Source: a virus
Lineage: Duplodnaviria; Heunggongvirae; Uroviricota; Caudoviricetes
IMG/VR virus record: IMGVR_UViG_2974506819_000001
Span: 162,789-226,788 of that record
Direction: 5' to 3' (one strand)
Length of the DNA: 64,000 nucleotides
Shown: positions 46,101-55,400 of the stretch, piece after piece
Position numbering within the stretch: position 1 is the stretch's first letter
Layout of the letters: each line of letters starts with the position of its first letter
Position numbers and translations under genes: made by a program
Notes under the pieces: generated by a model
Database searches by the model: none
Seen by the model: the letters and a program-made list of their open reading frames with translations, nothing else
What the model was told of the DNA's origin: nothing

Positions 46101-49100
46101 AGGCACGCCATGTACGTTAAGTACACTGGTTTGAAACGACCGTTGAACCAAGTAAAGAAATCACCGATCTCTTTCTTGTCATCCGGGTTCTTCAGGTACG
46201 GGGCAAAGAGTTGCTCAATCGGAACTTCCTTGGCAAAGCTTGCACGTCCCCCTGAGATAACCACAAACTCTGAGAGCTTGGCTTCGGTTTCCAGTACCTT
46301 AGTAGCAAGGTCACTGTCGACATCAGACAAACCGTACTGGGTCAGACGTAACTTCATCTGCACCGGTTTACGGGTCATCCATTTGTACAGACCATAACCC
46401 GCCAACGCCACACCGGCAATCCCCAAGGTAATCGGGTTAAACAGTAACGGCGCTGCTGCTGCAGCTAAGCCACCCATCGAGGCATTGAAGCCCAGGGCCC
46501 CTGCTGCGGCTACCGCCATCTGTGCACCACCGTAGACGGTTGCGGCAGTACTGACACCGTTCAACACTTTCTCGGCAGCACCACCCTCTTCGACCAGACC
46601 AGAACTTGCTAAGGCATCTGAAGCATAACCAACTGCTGCACCTACCCCCACACTCTTAACGCCACGGAAGAGACGTTTACCCCAACTCATACGTGGACGT
46701 GGTCTCGGTCCATTACGACGACGGCGACGGCGTCTTCCACGGCGGTCACGGCGATTGTCTTCACCCTCGTCGTCTCCACCACCCCGCATGTCATTGAAGA
46801 TGTCGCTTAACGAATCTCCGTCCCCACCCCACTTCCCAGCAATCCATTTCACCAGTGCTCCAATCCCGGTGGCTACTGTCGTAATCCCGCTGGCGATTTT
46901 CGGTAAGAGTCCGATACCCACCTGTGCGAACTTAAACAGTGTCCCAAACCCGTTCACGATGGTTTTACCGAAGATCTTCTCAGCAATGAATTTCCCGGAA
47001 GTTAGTAATCCACCGCCCAACATGCTCAACAAACCCCAGATGCCTTTCTTCTTCGGTTTGTCTTCTTTGTCGTTTCCGCCATTCATGTTTTCTGCGATAG
47101 AGATGATAGAGTCCTTGACTTTCTCTTCTTTCTTCGCACGGGCTTTGGCTTTCTTATCTTCCAGTGAGTTCGCACGCGTTTTATCATCAGCGTCCGCCGG
47201 ACTGAATCCTTTCGCGGCTTTGGCTGCAATGTTGCTGATGCTGGCTTCATCTAACGGGTAGTTGAAGTGTTTGCACAGTAACGCGTAGATACGGTCAATG
47301 GATGTGATGATAGGGGTATAGTCTGCTTTCACCAATTCCTTGGTTTTGTCGTAAGCATTGCGACCACCTTTGGTAAGGCTGTCTTTAGCACGCCCCAGGA
47401 AGCTCAGGCCGAGTTTACCAGCCGCACCGGTATATTCGCCTAACTTATTAATAGAGACGCCCATAGACGTTTTCAGGCCGCGCTCGTAATCTTCCTGAGT
47501 AATGAGACATTCGCCTTCTCGGTCGTAGACCGGACCGTCGATTTCATTCCACCCTTTTAGCACCACCGCGTTGCCGTCTTTGTCCTTCTTGACGTACTGA
47601 CCGGTTTTAAACTTCTTGCCGATCAACACCGGTGACTTCTCGCCTTCTTTATACACATCCATCTGGTTAAAGCGAGTCGCAATCTTGTTACCAATTGCAG
47701 ACGCACGACCAAATGGATCGATAAATTTAAACGCCTTCACTAACGCATTGCGGATTTTGTCCATGCCTTTTAACAGCACAGCCTTATTCTCCGCGGTGAA
47801 CAGTTTCTTGGCCAGCTTAGTCCCAGCAATGTAAACACCGGTTGCCACGTCTTTTACTGTGCCCACGATTTGGCTCCAGGATTTGATTAAGAATCCTTTT
47901 GCGGCATCGTAGTAGTCCCCGTTCTTCAGTTTACGGGCTTCCAGAATCGGATCGGTTGACCCTTCTTCATAGAGGTCCTCGTCATCACTGACGTCCTGTG
48001 CCTTAGCGGTTTGACGCAGTTTACTGTAAGCGGTTGCTGCCAGTCCCCCTACGCCAATCAGCGCTGCCATTTTCGGATCATGGAAGGCAAGCCCTGCCAA
48101 TGACCCCAGCATCCCACCCAGTAACAACGGTTCGTTTCTCATTAAGAGTTCGGTGCCTTTGTTAAACAGGTTGCGAGGACTGATGGCTTTAATGCGGTCG
48201 AGAATGCTGCGCTTCTGTTGATCCACTGCCTTGTCTTCGGCTTCGGCTTTTCCTGGGTCACGAGGAACACCTGGTGCTTTCGCCAACAGCTTCTCTAACA
48301 GTTCGTTGCGGGAGGTCGCCATGCCGATGAGACTGTCCAGTTTCTCATTGGTTTGACTCATGGGTCCCAGCAAGGGGTTAAAATCAACGTTAAACGCACC
48401 CTGCAGCCCTTTCAGCTCAGTCCCGATGTTAGCCAAGGATTTCAGCGTCTCGGGTGAGAAGGCTGTTTGGAGTCCTTTAATCGACTCTTCTAATCCACTG
48501 GTGTCTAACTTGGCCTGGATGTTTTGTGTGATGGACGTATCACCACCCAGGAACTGACGGGTCTTGCTTTCAGGATCGGTAGACGGTGCGTCTTCTTCGA
48601 ACTTGTGGTTTTTGTCTGCAATGATTTTCTGCAAACGTTCCCACCCGATGCTGGTGTCGATTTCCTCTACACCGTTACGGGTTTTAATGATGCCGGCTTC
48701 ACGCAGGTGGTCGTAGTAACCACTGTTACGTAACAGGTCAATCTGTTCTTTGACGTCCGGGTTAAACTGAGCCAGATAGTTCGCTGAGTCAGCCACATCG
48801 TTTGCCAGTTTGCGTCCTTTCTTCGACGGCAGTCGGGTTAACAGCTTAGCGCGGTCCATGTCCGTGCCATTGAAGAACTTATCCATGTGTTCATCAGTGA
48901 TGCCAAAGTTGGCTTTCATCAACTGACGAATCTCTTCAGCGGCTTTAGGGTCCACACCCTGCTGTTCCAGGTCGAGATAGTTGTACGGCGAGAACCCGAG
49001 GTTCTTGTCTGCATCCTGAGCCAACCGCATCGCGAAGATAGAGTTGGATTGCTCGCTCAGGATACCGTCTTTGTCAATGGTTTTCGCCAGGTTGTTGCTG

Positions 49101-50776
49101 GCGTCTGCCTGGTTAACAAGTTGACGGCGATTGTAGACTTGACCCAATACACCCTTCACGGCTTCACGGTGAGAGATGAAGCGACCCTTGACATAGTCGT
49201 AGGTTTGCGGCTTCAGGGAATCGTCACCGGTACGCAGCTTCTCTAAAGACAGGTGAATCTGAGAGAACCACTGCGGAATGATTTCGTTCAGGGTGCGGTC
49301 AGAACGTACGGTCCAGGTGTAGGGGTTGATACCGTCTTTTAACGAACGACGAGCCAAGGTGTACTGTGTACCTCGGTTACCGTAAACGTTATCGAGCACG
49401 GAGCTCATTCCTTTATTACCTAACTTCTTCGCCTTCTGGGTCGCCCACCACAACGTCTTCGATTCAGGCTTTTCTCCCGGAGCCAGTGAGTTCACGTATT
49501 CTTCATACGTCTGGTCTTCGGAATAGTCTTCACCTTGGTAATACTTCGCCAGGGTGTTAACGGTGCCTTCTGCGTTCGTGGCGTTGTAGGACAGGATACT
49601 GCCCCAGTCAGCCAACTTCGCATAACGACGACGAATCTCACGGGCCAGCTTCGGGTTCTTGGCCGCAGCCTTGCGAATCAGCTCACGCCCTTTCTTGGAA
49701 CGCAGCAAGTCCGGAATCTTGTCAATGAGCGCAGACCCAACCATACGACCGGCCATATCGAACATGTCCATGTCCATGCCTTCGGTCATCTCGAGACCCA
49801 TACGGGCGTCACCAAGAATTCCACCCCACTCATCGACCATGTCCTTACGACGGTCGCGCCCAAAGGTTTCTTTCGCCCAATCCCGAATCCCACCGAACTT
49901 CCCACTTACCGTAGAGAATATGGAATCACGCATGGTCTTACGAGCAGCTTGGTTCAATGACGTCTTTTCAAAGTCCGACATCTGAGCATACTTGGAAACG
50001 GTCTTCAACTCATTGATCATGCGATGATGAGACGCTTCCATGAACTTGTAGTATTTCGCATTGGTGATGTGCATGCGGGCCAGAAGGTTAATCTTCATGG
50101 CGTCATTGCGTGCCTGTACCTTTTGCTGATAGCGCACCAACTGCTGGATGCCTAACTGAATACCACTTAACGCCTGGTTACTGATGCCCAGTGCACTGAG
50201 CGTACGACCCCCCACCTGAGACATGGATTTGGTCAGTGCGTCAGTCATCCCCACCATTAACCCATTACGACGTCCTTCTGCGGCCTGGTTGCTTTCCAGC
50301 AAACGCTTGACGTCATCATCTGACGCTTCGCCTACAGACGGGTCGTTATTGGAGGTGGCAGAGGAACTCTTTTCCCAGCTGCTGAAATCGCGTTCGCTGA
50401 ACGATTCAACGGTGTCGGCGATTTTATTAGGAGCGAATTTTCGAAGGCTAGCCACAGAGCGACCTGCAAGATATTGCAAATCTTTCACCGCGTCAGCACT
50501 GTCGTTCTTCATCTCCTCCAGGATAGTTCGACGGATAGTGTTAGCCTGATTCACCGTATTAAAGAAGTTGGTGTACGACTTCGGCAATACGGTACGTAAC
50601 GTTTTTATTTTGGCGTCGGTGTCGCCGTAGGTGTTTTCTTTGATGCCTGACAGGAAACCACTAGCGAAGGAGTGCAATCTCCCTTTCTTGCTCGTGTTTC
50701 CGTCGAAGTCCATATCAAAGTCTAAATCACCATCAAAAGGATCGTCACCCCAATCCATATCAAAATCGTCACTCAT
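43157..50776 (-). CDS. Giant tail-associated peptidoglycan hydrolase / tape-measure-like protein (phiKZ gp181-like) with GH19 and M15-peptidase-like domains
   Basis: ATG 50776 (MSDDFDMDW) after SD AGAGGA; 2539 aa. GH19 motifs AYESGNF...ENMKY and YRGRGFVQLTGRANY; HKRGLALD...HIH; Pro/Ala-rich linkers; divergent from RNAP beta'. Confidence 0.8.
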   Translation of the reverse strand: MSDDFDMDWGDDPFDGDLDFDMDFDGNTSKKGRLHSFASGFLSGIKENTYGDTDAKIKTLRTVLPKSYTNFFNTVNQANTIRRTILEEMKNDSADAVKDLQYLAGRSVASLRKFAPNKIADTVESFSERDFSSWEKSSSATSNNDPSVGEASDDDVKRLLESNQAAEGRRNGLMVGMTDALTKSMSQVGGRTLSALGISNQALSGIQLGIQQLVRYQQKVQARNDAMKINLLARMHITNAKYYKFMEASHHRMINELKTVSKYAQMSDFEKTSLNQAARKTMRDSIFSTVSGKFGGIRDWAKETFGRDRRKDMVDEWGGILGDARMGLEMTEGMDMDMFDMAGRMVGSALIDKIPDLLRSKKGRELIRKAAAKNPKLAREIRRRYAKLADWGSILSYNATNAEGTVNTLAKYYQGEDYSEDQTYEEYVNSLAPGEKPESKTLWWATQKAKKLGNKGMSSVLDNVYGNRGTQYTLARRSLKDGINPYTWTVRSDRTLNEIIPQWFSQIHLSLEKLRTGDDSLKPQTYDYVKGRFISHREAVKGVLGQVYNRRQLVNQADASNNLAKTIDKDGILSEQSNSIFAMRLAQDADKNLGFSPYNYLDLEQQGVDPKAAEEIRQLMKANFGITDEHMDKFFNGTDMDRAKLLTRLPSKKGRKLANDVADSANYLAQFNPDVKEQIDLLRNSGYYDHLREAGIIKTRNGVEEIDTSIGWERLQKIIADKNHKFEEDAPSTDPESKTRQFLGGDTSITQNIQAKLDTSGLEESIKGLQTAFSPETLKSLANIGTELKGLQGAFNVDFNPLLGPMSQTNEKLDSLIGMATSRNELLEKLLAKAPGVPRDPGKAEAEDKAVDQQKRSILDRIKAISPRNLFNKGTELLMRNEPLLLGGMLGSLAGLAFHDPKMAALIGVGGLAATAYSKLRQTAKAQDVSDDEDLYEEGSTDPILEARKLKNGDYYDAAKGFLIKSWSQIVGTVKDVATGVYIAGTKLAKKLFTAENKAVLLKGMDKIRNALVKAFKFIDPFGRASAIGNKIATRFNQMDVYKEGEKSPVLIGKKFKTGQYVKKDKDGNAVVLKGWNEIDGPVYDREGECLITQEDYERGLKTSMGVSINKLGEYTGAAGKLGLSFLGRAKDSLTKGGRNAYDKTKELVKADYTPIITSIDRIYALLCKHFNYPLDEASISNIAAKAAKGFSPADADDKTRANSLEDKKAKARAKKEEKVKDSIISIAENMNGGNDKEDKPKKKGIWGLLSMLGGGLLTSGKFIAEKIFGKTIVNGFGTLFKFAQVGIGLLPKIASGITTVATGIGALVKWIAGKWGGDGDSLSDIFNDMRGGGDDEGEDNRRDRRGRRRRRRRNGPRPRPRMSWGKRLFRGVKSVGVGAAVGYASDALASSGLVEEGGAAEKVLNGVSTAATVYGGAQMAVAAAGALGFNASMGGLAAAAAPLLFNPITLGIAGVALAGYGLYKWMTRKPVQMKLRLTQYGLSDVDSDLATKVLETEAKLSEFVVISGGRASFAKEVPIEQLFAPYLKNPDDKKEIGDFFTWFNGRFKPVYLTYMACLDSVKFKTLEEYDKDETLKVSQIANKAHDALISLMPNPYSIQASIDKDTAILPQQETMARVSDYLKDLNKEYGNPNKNGGTIKTLGTVGAATKKGLEEEKKALEEKAKNPSMFGLFGGSTDYAGARQAEARIKQIDKEIEELNKAYKPGSIAAEANISDLLPEKGTMDLLTALRLAAYGNEFNTPWRVQAVLKLERYMEGQIQLVGGDVRFVGKTGDAYAAFKDAFRIDKDKSKDWALWFRDRFLPVMMTYVRTLQKYRRGLPKDVWRTLTATAKYEIAQELVNTTVRIEDKVYSIWDIKTSPFHYTLSSPRTMKVDDTLKMMANLSNQAKLADPMKEAAKTSAKRMVETNEVHKTGGQETKYNPATGPANNRADQARGGGSNSESGGFSAGGHSLYNTADFYQYNPIEGNSNTATVNLAGVQQNPGDDTGVTVPRKAAEQLIIKEMIAQGFKDPRAIAEMLALCAYESGNFQRTTENMKYTNPEQMVKLFREIKTVEQARQLIQAGPVAIANTVYGGGKGASIGNIAPGDGWLYRGRGFVQLTGRANYRKIGQEIGVDLENNPKLASTDPVTMAKIAVNFFKNSKQLQSITQNGNFGYAALGLNGGNDLPGMDKRFAMYKDYLAKLAGGELKPEEGPTEAGATPNPAQGNTPPALPTGTPAAPGAGGSPGGAPSMGGTPYPTMTNVAPPPPTGMTYNNAGDGFNNTMGTLGEATGSRVSDFGGLKIKSQETVAGGPIHPGLKRLAELIQAKVPNFNRFTALNDAYHQSKPGNSLHKRGLALDFTCTNGAAGASQAIAAVQQIMASAGMGKGDYYILNEYQVTTAHTTGGHIHVDLRSEESAAKFLGKAGVNLERTPGMPEAPSEVPRNAPPSPYGVPAGDGGAEAASPAPTGPMGVNPTAAAPQPTPATPPMAPAPAAPAAAPQSAPAPAPALDLSALSDTLAKVLASGDQAQIQLMQQMVQQLTELNKNMASRPESVKV

Positions 50777-50801
50777 TTTAATCCTCTTTTGGTAATGATT
50801 T

Positions 50802-52418
50802 ATGAAACCCACCAATCTAAAATTACTTGATCCCAAAAGCATTTTGCCGGGAGTAATAAAGCCTATTACCTCTACCGATGCTTTTGAAGGGATGACAAAA
50901 AACCTGAACGAAGAGGGTCTTTATTCGACCACTATCTTCGGACGTGTCGGTACGGATGAGCGTGACAGTACTTTGGGACACATCCCTACCGGCCTGTCTA
51001 TTTTCAACCCCACATACTTCAAAGCCTTGGTACAGCTGAAATCTCTGTACCTCGGAATCATCAAAGGAACGGAATACGCCCTATGGGATAGTCAGGAGAA
51101 GGATTTCATAAAATCCAACATCCTCGAAGGCGAAACCGGTTATTCCTTTTTTATGCGCCATTTTGGGGAAATCGTTCCCAAGGAAACCGGGTCGTATAAA
51201 CGTAAGCAGCGTATCAAAATGTTTGAAACGCAGAAGGCCGTTGCCTTAACGAATAAGGTAATTGTCATTCCCGCCGGCTTACGTGATATCCAGTTCCAGC
51301 CCAATGGTCAGGTGCAGGAAGCAGAGCTTAACGAGTTCTACCGTAAGCTGATGTTTAAGACGCGAGCAGTCTCCGGGGTCACTGAACGGGATGAAGATAA
51401 CCCGTTGTATGACAGTGTGCGTTGGGGATTGCAGAACGCCTTTAACGACATCGACCAATACCTGTTTGAAATGTCAGAAGGTAAAGGTGGGTTGTTCCAG
51501 CACAAAATGGGAACCCGTGGTGTGGTTGGGGGAAGTCGTAACGTTATTACGGCACGTGTGGTTTCTCGTCCCCGTTTGTTTGAATACAACGGCGTGCACC
51601 CCAACAGCACCGACATGGGTTTGTACCAATCCATCATGAACAACCAGTATGTGTGTATCTACGCCATGCTGAACGGGTACCTGGATCAAATCTTTACCCG
51701 AGGGTCAACCACAGCCAAACTCACGAACCAGAAAACCCTGGAGATGGAGTACGTGGACCTGGAAGCGGAAACCATTGATAAGTGGACAAGCTCCGAAGGG
51801 TTGATTAAACTGTTCAACGGATTTGCGAATACCCACCTCCGCCACAAACCGATTAAAATCAAAGGCTATTATCTCGGCCTGGTGTATGATGATGGCAAGG
51901 AAGTTAAAATCCTGTCAGACATCACGGAACTGCCACCGGACCGCAATAAAAAGTTTGTCACTCCCTTAACGTATATCGAGCTGCTTTATATCAGCTGTCA
52001 ACGTATCCTGCTGGACCAGTTAAACCAGCAGACCCGTTACCCAATTACTGGCTTGGGTTCTATCTATCCGTCTGAGATTAACCTGTTGACCATTGCAGGG
52101 GCGACGTCTCGTCATTTCCTGGACGAATATTGGGAACCGCAGGACATCTGTCATCGTTATCCACACAAGACCGAACACCCCAGCTACTTTGATGCCATGG
52201 CGGTGGACCCAAGCCGTGAGGCCGGGTTAGGGTCGGACCACGATGGGGATGCCTTGTCAGCGATTGCCGTCAACGGGGAAGACAGTAAGAAAGAAGCCCG
52301 GTCGTTATTAGGCAAACGTGAATACTACATCGGTGGTACAGGGGACTTCCTTTATGACCCTGTTAACGAACCGTTGCTGTTCATGTTTAAAGCCGCGACA
52401 TCAGGATTGAATAACTAA
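50802..52418 (+). CDS. rpoC: Virion RNA polymerase, beta' N-terminal part with the catalytic DxDGD motif (phiKZ gp180-like)
   Basis: GLYSTTIFG, VIPAGLRD, KGGLFQ...GTR, QQTRYP, GLGSDHDGD. Confidence 0.85.
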   Translation: MKPTNLKLLDPKSILPGVIKPITSTDAFEGMTKNLNEEGLYSTTIFGRVGTDERDSTLGHIPTGLSIFNPTYFKALVQLKSLYLGIIKGTEYALWDSQEKDFIKSNILEGETGYSFFMRHFGEIVPKETGSYKRKQRIKMFETQKAVALTNKVIVIPAGLRDIQFQPNGQVQEAELNEFYRKLMFKTRAVSGVTERDEDNPLYDSVRWGLQNAFNDIDQYLFEMSEGKGGLFQHKMGTRGVVGGSRNVITARVVSRPRLFEYNGVHPNSTDMGLYQSIMNNQYVCIYAMLNGYLDQIFTRGSTTAKLTNQKTLEMEYVDLEAETIDKWTSSEGLIKLFNGFANTHLRHKPIKIKGYYLGLVYDDGKEVKILSDITELPPDRNKKFVTPLTYIELLYISCQRILLDQLNQQTRYPITGLGSIYPSEINLLTIAGATSRHFLDEYWEPQDICHRYPHKTEHPSYFDAMAVDPSREAGLGSDHDGDALSAIAVNGEDSKKEARSLLGKREYYIGGTGDFLYDPVNEPLLFMFKAATSGLNN

Positions 52419-55400
52419 TGAAAACATTACTGTACAGTGAGTTCTTCCGTTCGTTTGTACTGCGTAAGAAAACCGAGTTAGTGCAACCTAACTTTCTGCC
52501 GATTAGCGAAATCTTTTTACCGAAGTTTAGTCTGATCCATTACCTGCCTAAACATGCGCAGGAATATGGCCCGGCAGTCACTGAACCGTTCATCAGTAAT
52601 TTCCCCAAAGATGTCTTTATCGATTTCGTGCTGGACTTTGATCCGGTATTAGGGAAAGGGCACAACGTGGCGTTTGATAAACTCAAAGCCATTAAAGCCT
52701 ACCGTAGCAGCCACTATACCTACAACTGGACCCGCAACATCAGTTCAGTCTATAACCGTGAAAACGTGTTGGTGGTTGAGAACTACGGCCTGATGGAAAA
52801 GAACTGGGCGTATCGTCCGAGTGTCTTTGCTCAATACGAACAGTACTACAACCGCATGCGGGAAGTGCTGGTTAACGTTAATGCACAGAGCAAGCTGGCG
52901 AAACGTAAGCAGTTCCTGCGCATTGACCTGCCGTTGGTTATGCCGGAGTTCAAAGGACTTCAGGAAGACTACCGACATCATTTGAAAAGCTTTGAGAACG
53001 GGTTGCCTAATCCGACCCGTCAGAGCATTCGTTTAACCAAACGTGAAAACAGTTACTGGGTTCTGGATTGGTACGCGTTCCTGCTGGGCGATTATGAACA
53101 CTCAATGTTCGGTCAACTCAGTGATGAGGCGTTGGACGACCTTCACTTAATCTTTACCTTTAACAGTAAATGTTTGGTGGTTAACCTTGGTTTGATTAAA
53201 CAGTGGTTTGATGAAATCAAGAAGGATGCTCAACGGTTAAACGCAACCAAACGTTTCTATCTGGCGCTGATTAACTTGACTCGCGGTGGCGTCTCTGAAA
53301 AAGAGATTGTCGAAGAAGAGGAAGAAAATGGAACCGCTACTGCCGACGCCGGCAAAGCCAAAGCGCAAGCTCCTGTGGTTGAAGCAGAGGGAAGCGATGA
53401 AACGGGGGGAGATACCGGATCAGAAACCGAGGACGTTTCTGGCACGTCTCAGTCTACCGGCTCTACTGCTCCTGCTGGTGATATTCTTGACGTTTTCGGT
53501 AGCAATAAAGGTAGTAACTCAGGAAGTGATGACGCCGCCGGAAATCCGGGAAGCGGAGCTGATGCTGAAAGTGATCCAGACGCCGGAGTTCAAGATGTAG
53601 CCGAAGACTGGACCGGGGATGTTGACGACCGTTTGTTAGAGGAAGAAACGTCACAAGACGAAGAAGTCCACTACGACAAGCGTGATGTGTTTGACAACCC
53701 GATGCAGGGCATTCAGATGGCACTGGAAGAGCGTGCCCGTGACGGTTCCCTGAGCGTTGCTGAGCAAGAGTTCTTTGTTCGTAAAGGCAGTCGCTATCTG
53801 GAAATCGAAATGAACGACGGCAAGAACTTTGCTGAATTCATGGAGATTCAACCGGAAGAACTGAAAACGCTGAAAGCAGACGCCCAGGTGACCGGTGAGT
53901 TCGCTACCGTGCTGGACGAAAGCATGCTGCAAAACCGTGCGGCGGTACTGCGTAAAGATTACGTCAACAAAGGTCTGTTGATGAAAGACATTACGCGTTG
54001 CGTGCTGGGCATTCAAAACGCTGGGGTGTGCTTAACCGATTTCCGCCACGAACGTATTACTAACGTGGCCGGTAGCTACGATACCTTTACTCTGCAGATG
54101 CATCCTGTGGACGGCAGTCAGTCTACCCGCCAGATTCGTATTCCGGCAGTGGACAAAGACGGTATGTTCATGGTAGATGAAGTGAAGTACCATCTTCAAC
54201 TGCAGCGTATGGAATTGCCGATTCGCAAAATCAACGAACGTCAGGTAGCCTTAACCAGTTACTACGACAGCAAGTTGATGATCAGCCGTAACGATAAAGC
54301 CAACGACGATTATGCCCGCTGGTTAATCAAACAGATTCAGGCGCAGGCTACGGATAAGAAGATTGTTATTCGCAATGGTAACGTCTATGACAAAACCATG
54401 AAGACGCCGCGCTTGTACAGCATGATGGCCAAGAAGTTCCAGGACATCAGCATCAAAGACCCTGAGATGACCTTTGACTTCAACTTCCACAAACTGGTTG
54501 AAGCCCATCCTGAATTTAAAGACTACAACAAGCTCGATAAATTCCTGATTGGGGTAAAAGGCAAAGACCCTATCTGGGTTGACGACTACGGCAACGTGTA
54601 CGTCGGTCAGAAAGAGCAGGGAACCTTCGAGTCGCTGTTGGGTATCAGTACCCGTAAAGCGCCGCTGGAACACTGTGTGGTTAACATCCGTGGTTACCAG
54701 TTCCCGATTGGTGTGGTGCTGTGTTACTACTTCGGTATTGACAAGCTGCTGAAAATCATCAAAGCACAAACCCGTACGGTGCCGATGGGCAACAAGCCTA
54801 ACTTAACCGAAGACGAGTTCGCCATGGTGTTCAACGATGAGTACCTCATCTTTAACCGCCGTGAACGTCTCACTACGTTAATCTTTGGTGGTATGGTTGG
54901 GTTAACCAACCTGAGCAACTTCAGTCGTGTGGACCTGAACAACAAAGGTGTGTGGGTGCCGTTGATGGGAGACCCGAAGGTCAAACCAACGCACTTCAAA
55001 GAAATGAAGAACATCTTTGACCTGTTCATCGATCCGATTACCAAAGACGAACTGAAACGCATGGGGTACTCGGTCACGATTCACTACCTGCTGATTGATG
55101 CGGTTAAACTGTTGATGACAGATTACACCCGTCATGAAGTTGAGCTGGAAGAACAGCGTGTGGTGGGGTATGAACGTTTCGCTGGTCAGATTTACGGCGA
55201 ACTGTGTCGTTCTATTCGTCAATACCGTAATAAAGGTGGCGATCGTAAACACACAGTGGACCTCAACCCGGAAGGTGTTATCCTCGGCATCATCACAGAC
55301 ACCTCTGTGAACTCCGTGGAAGAAGTCAGTCCGTTCCACCAATTGAAAGACCAGGAAGAGGTCACGTTTGGTGGTAACCGTGGTCGTAACGAAATCAGTA

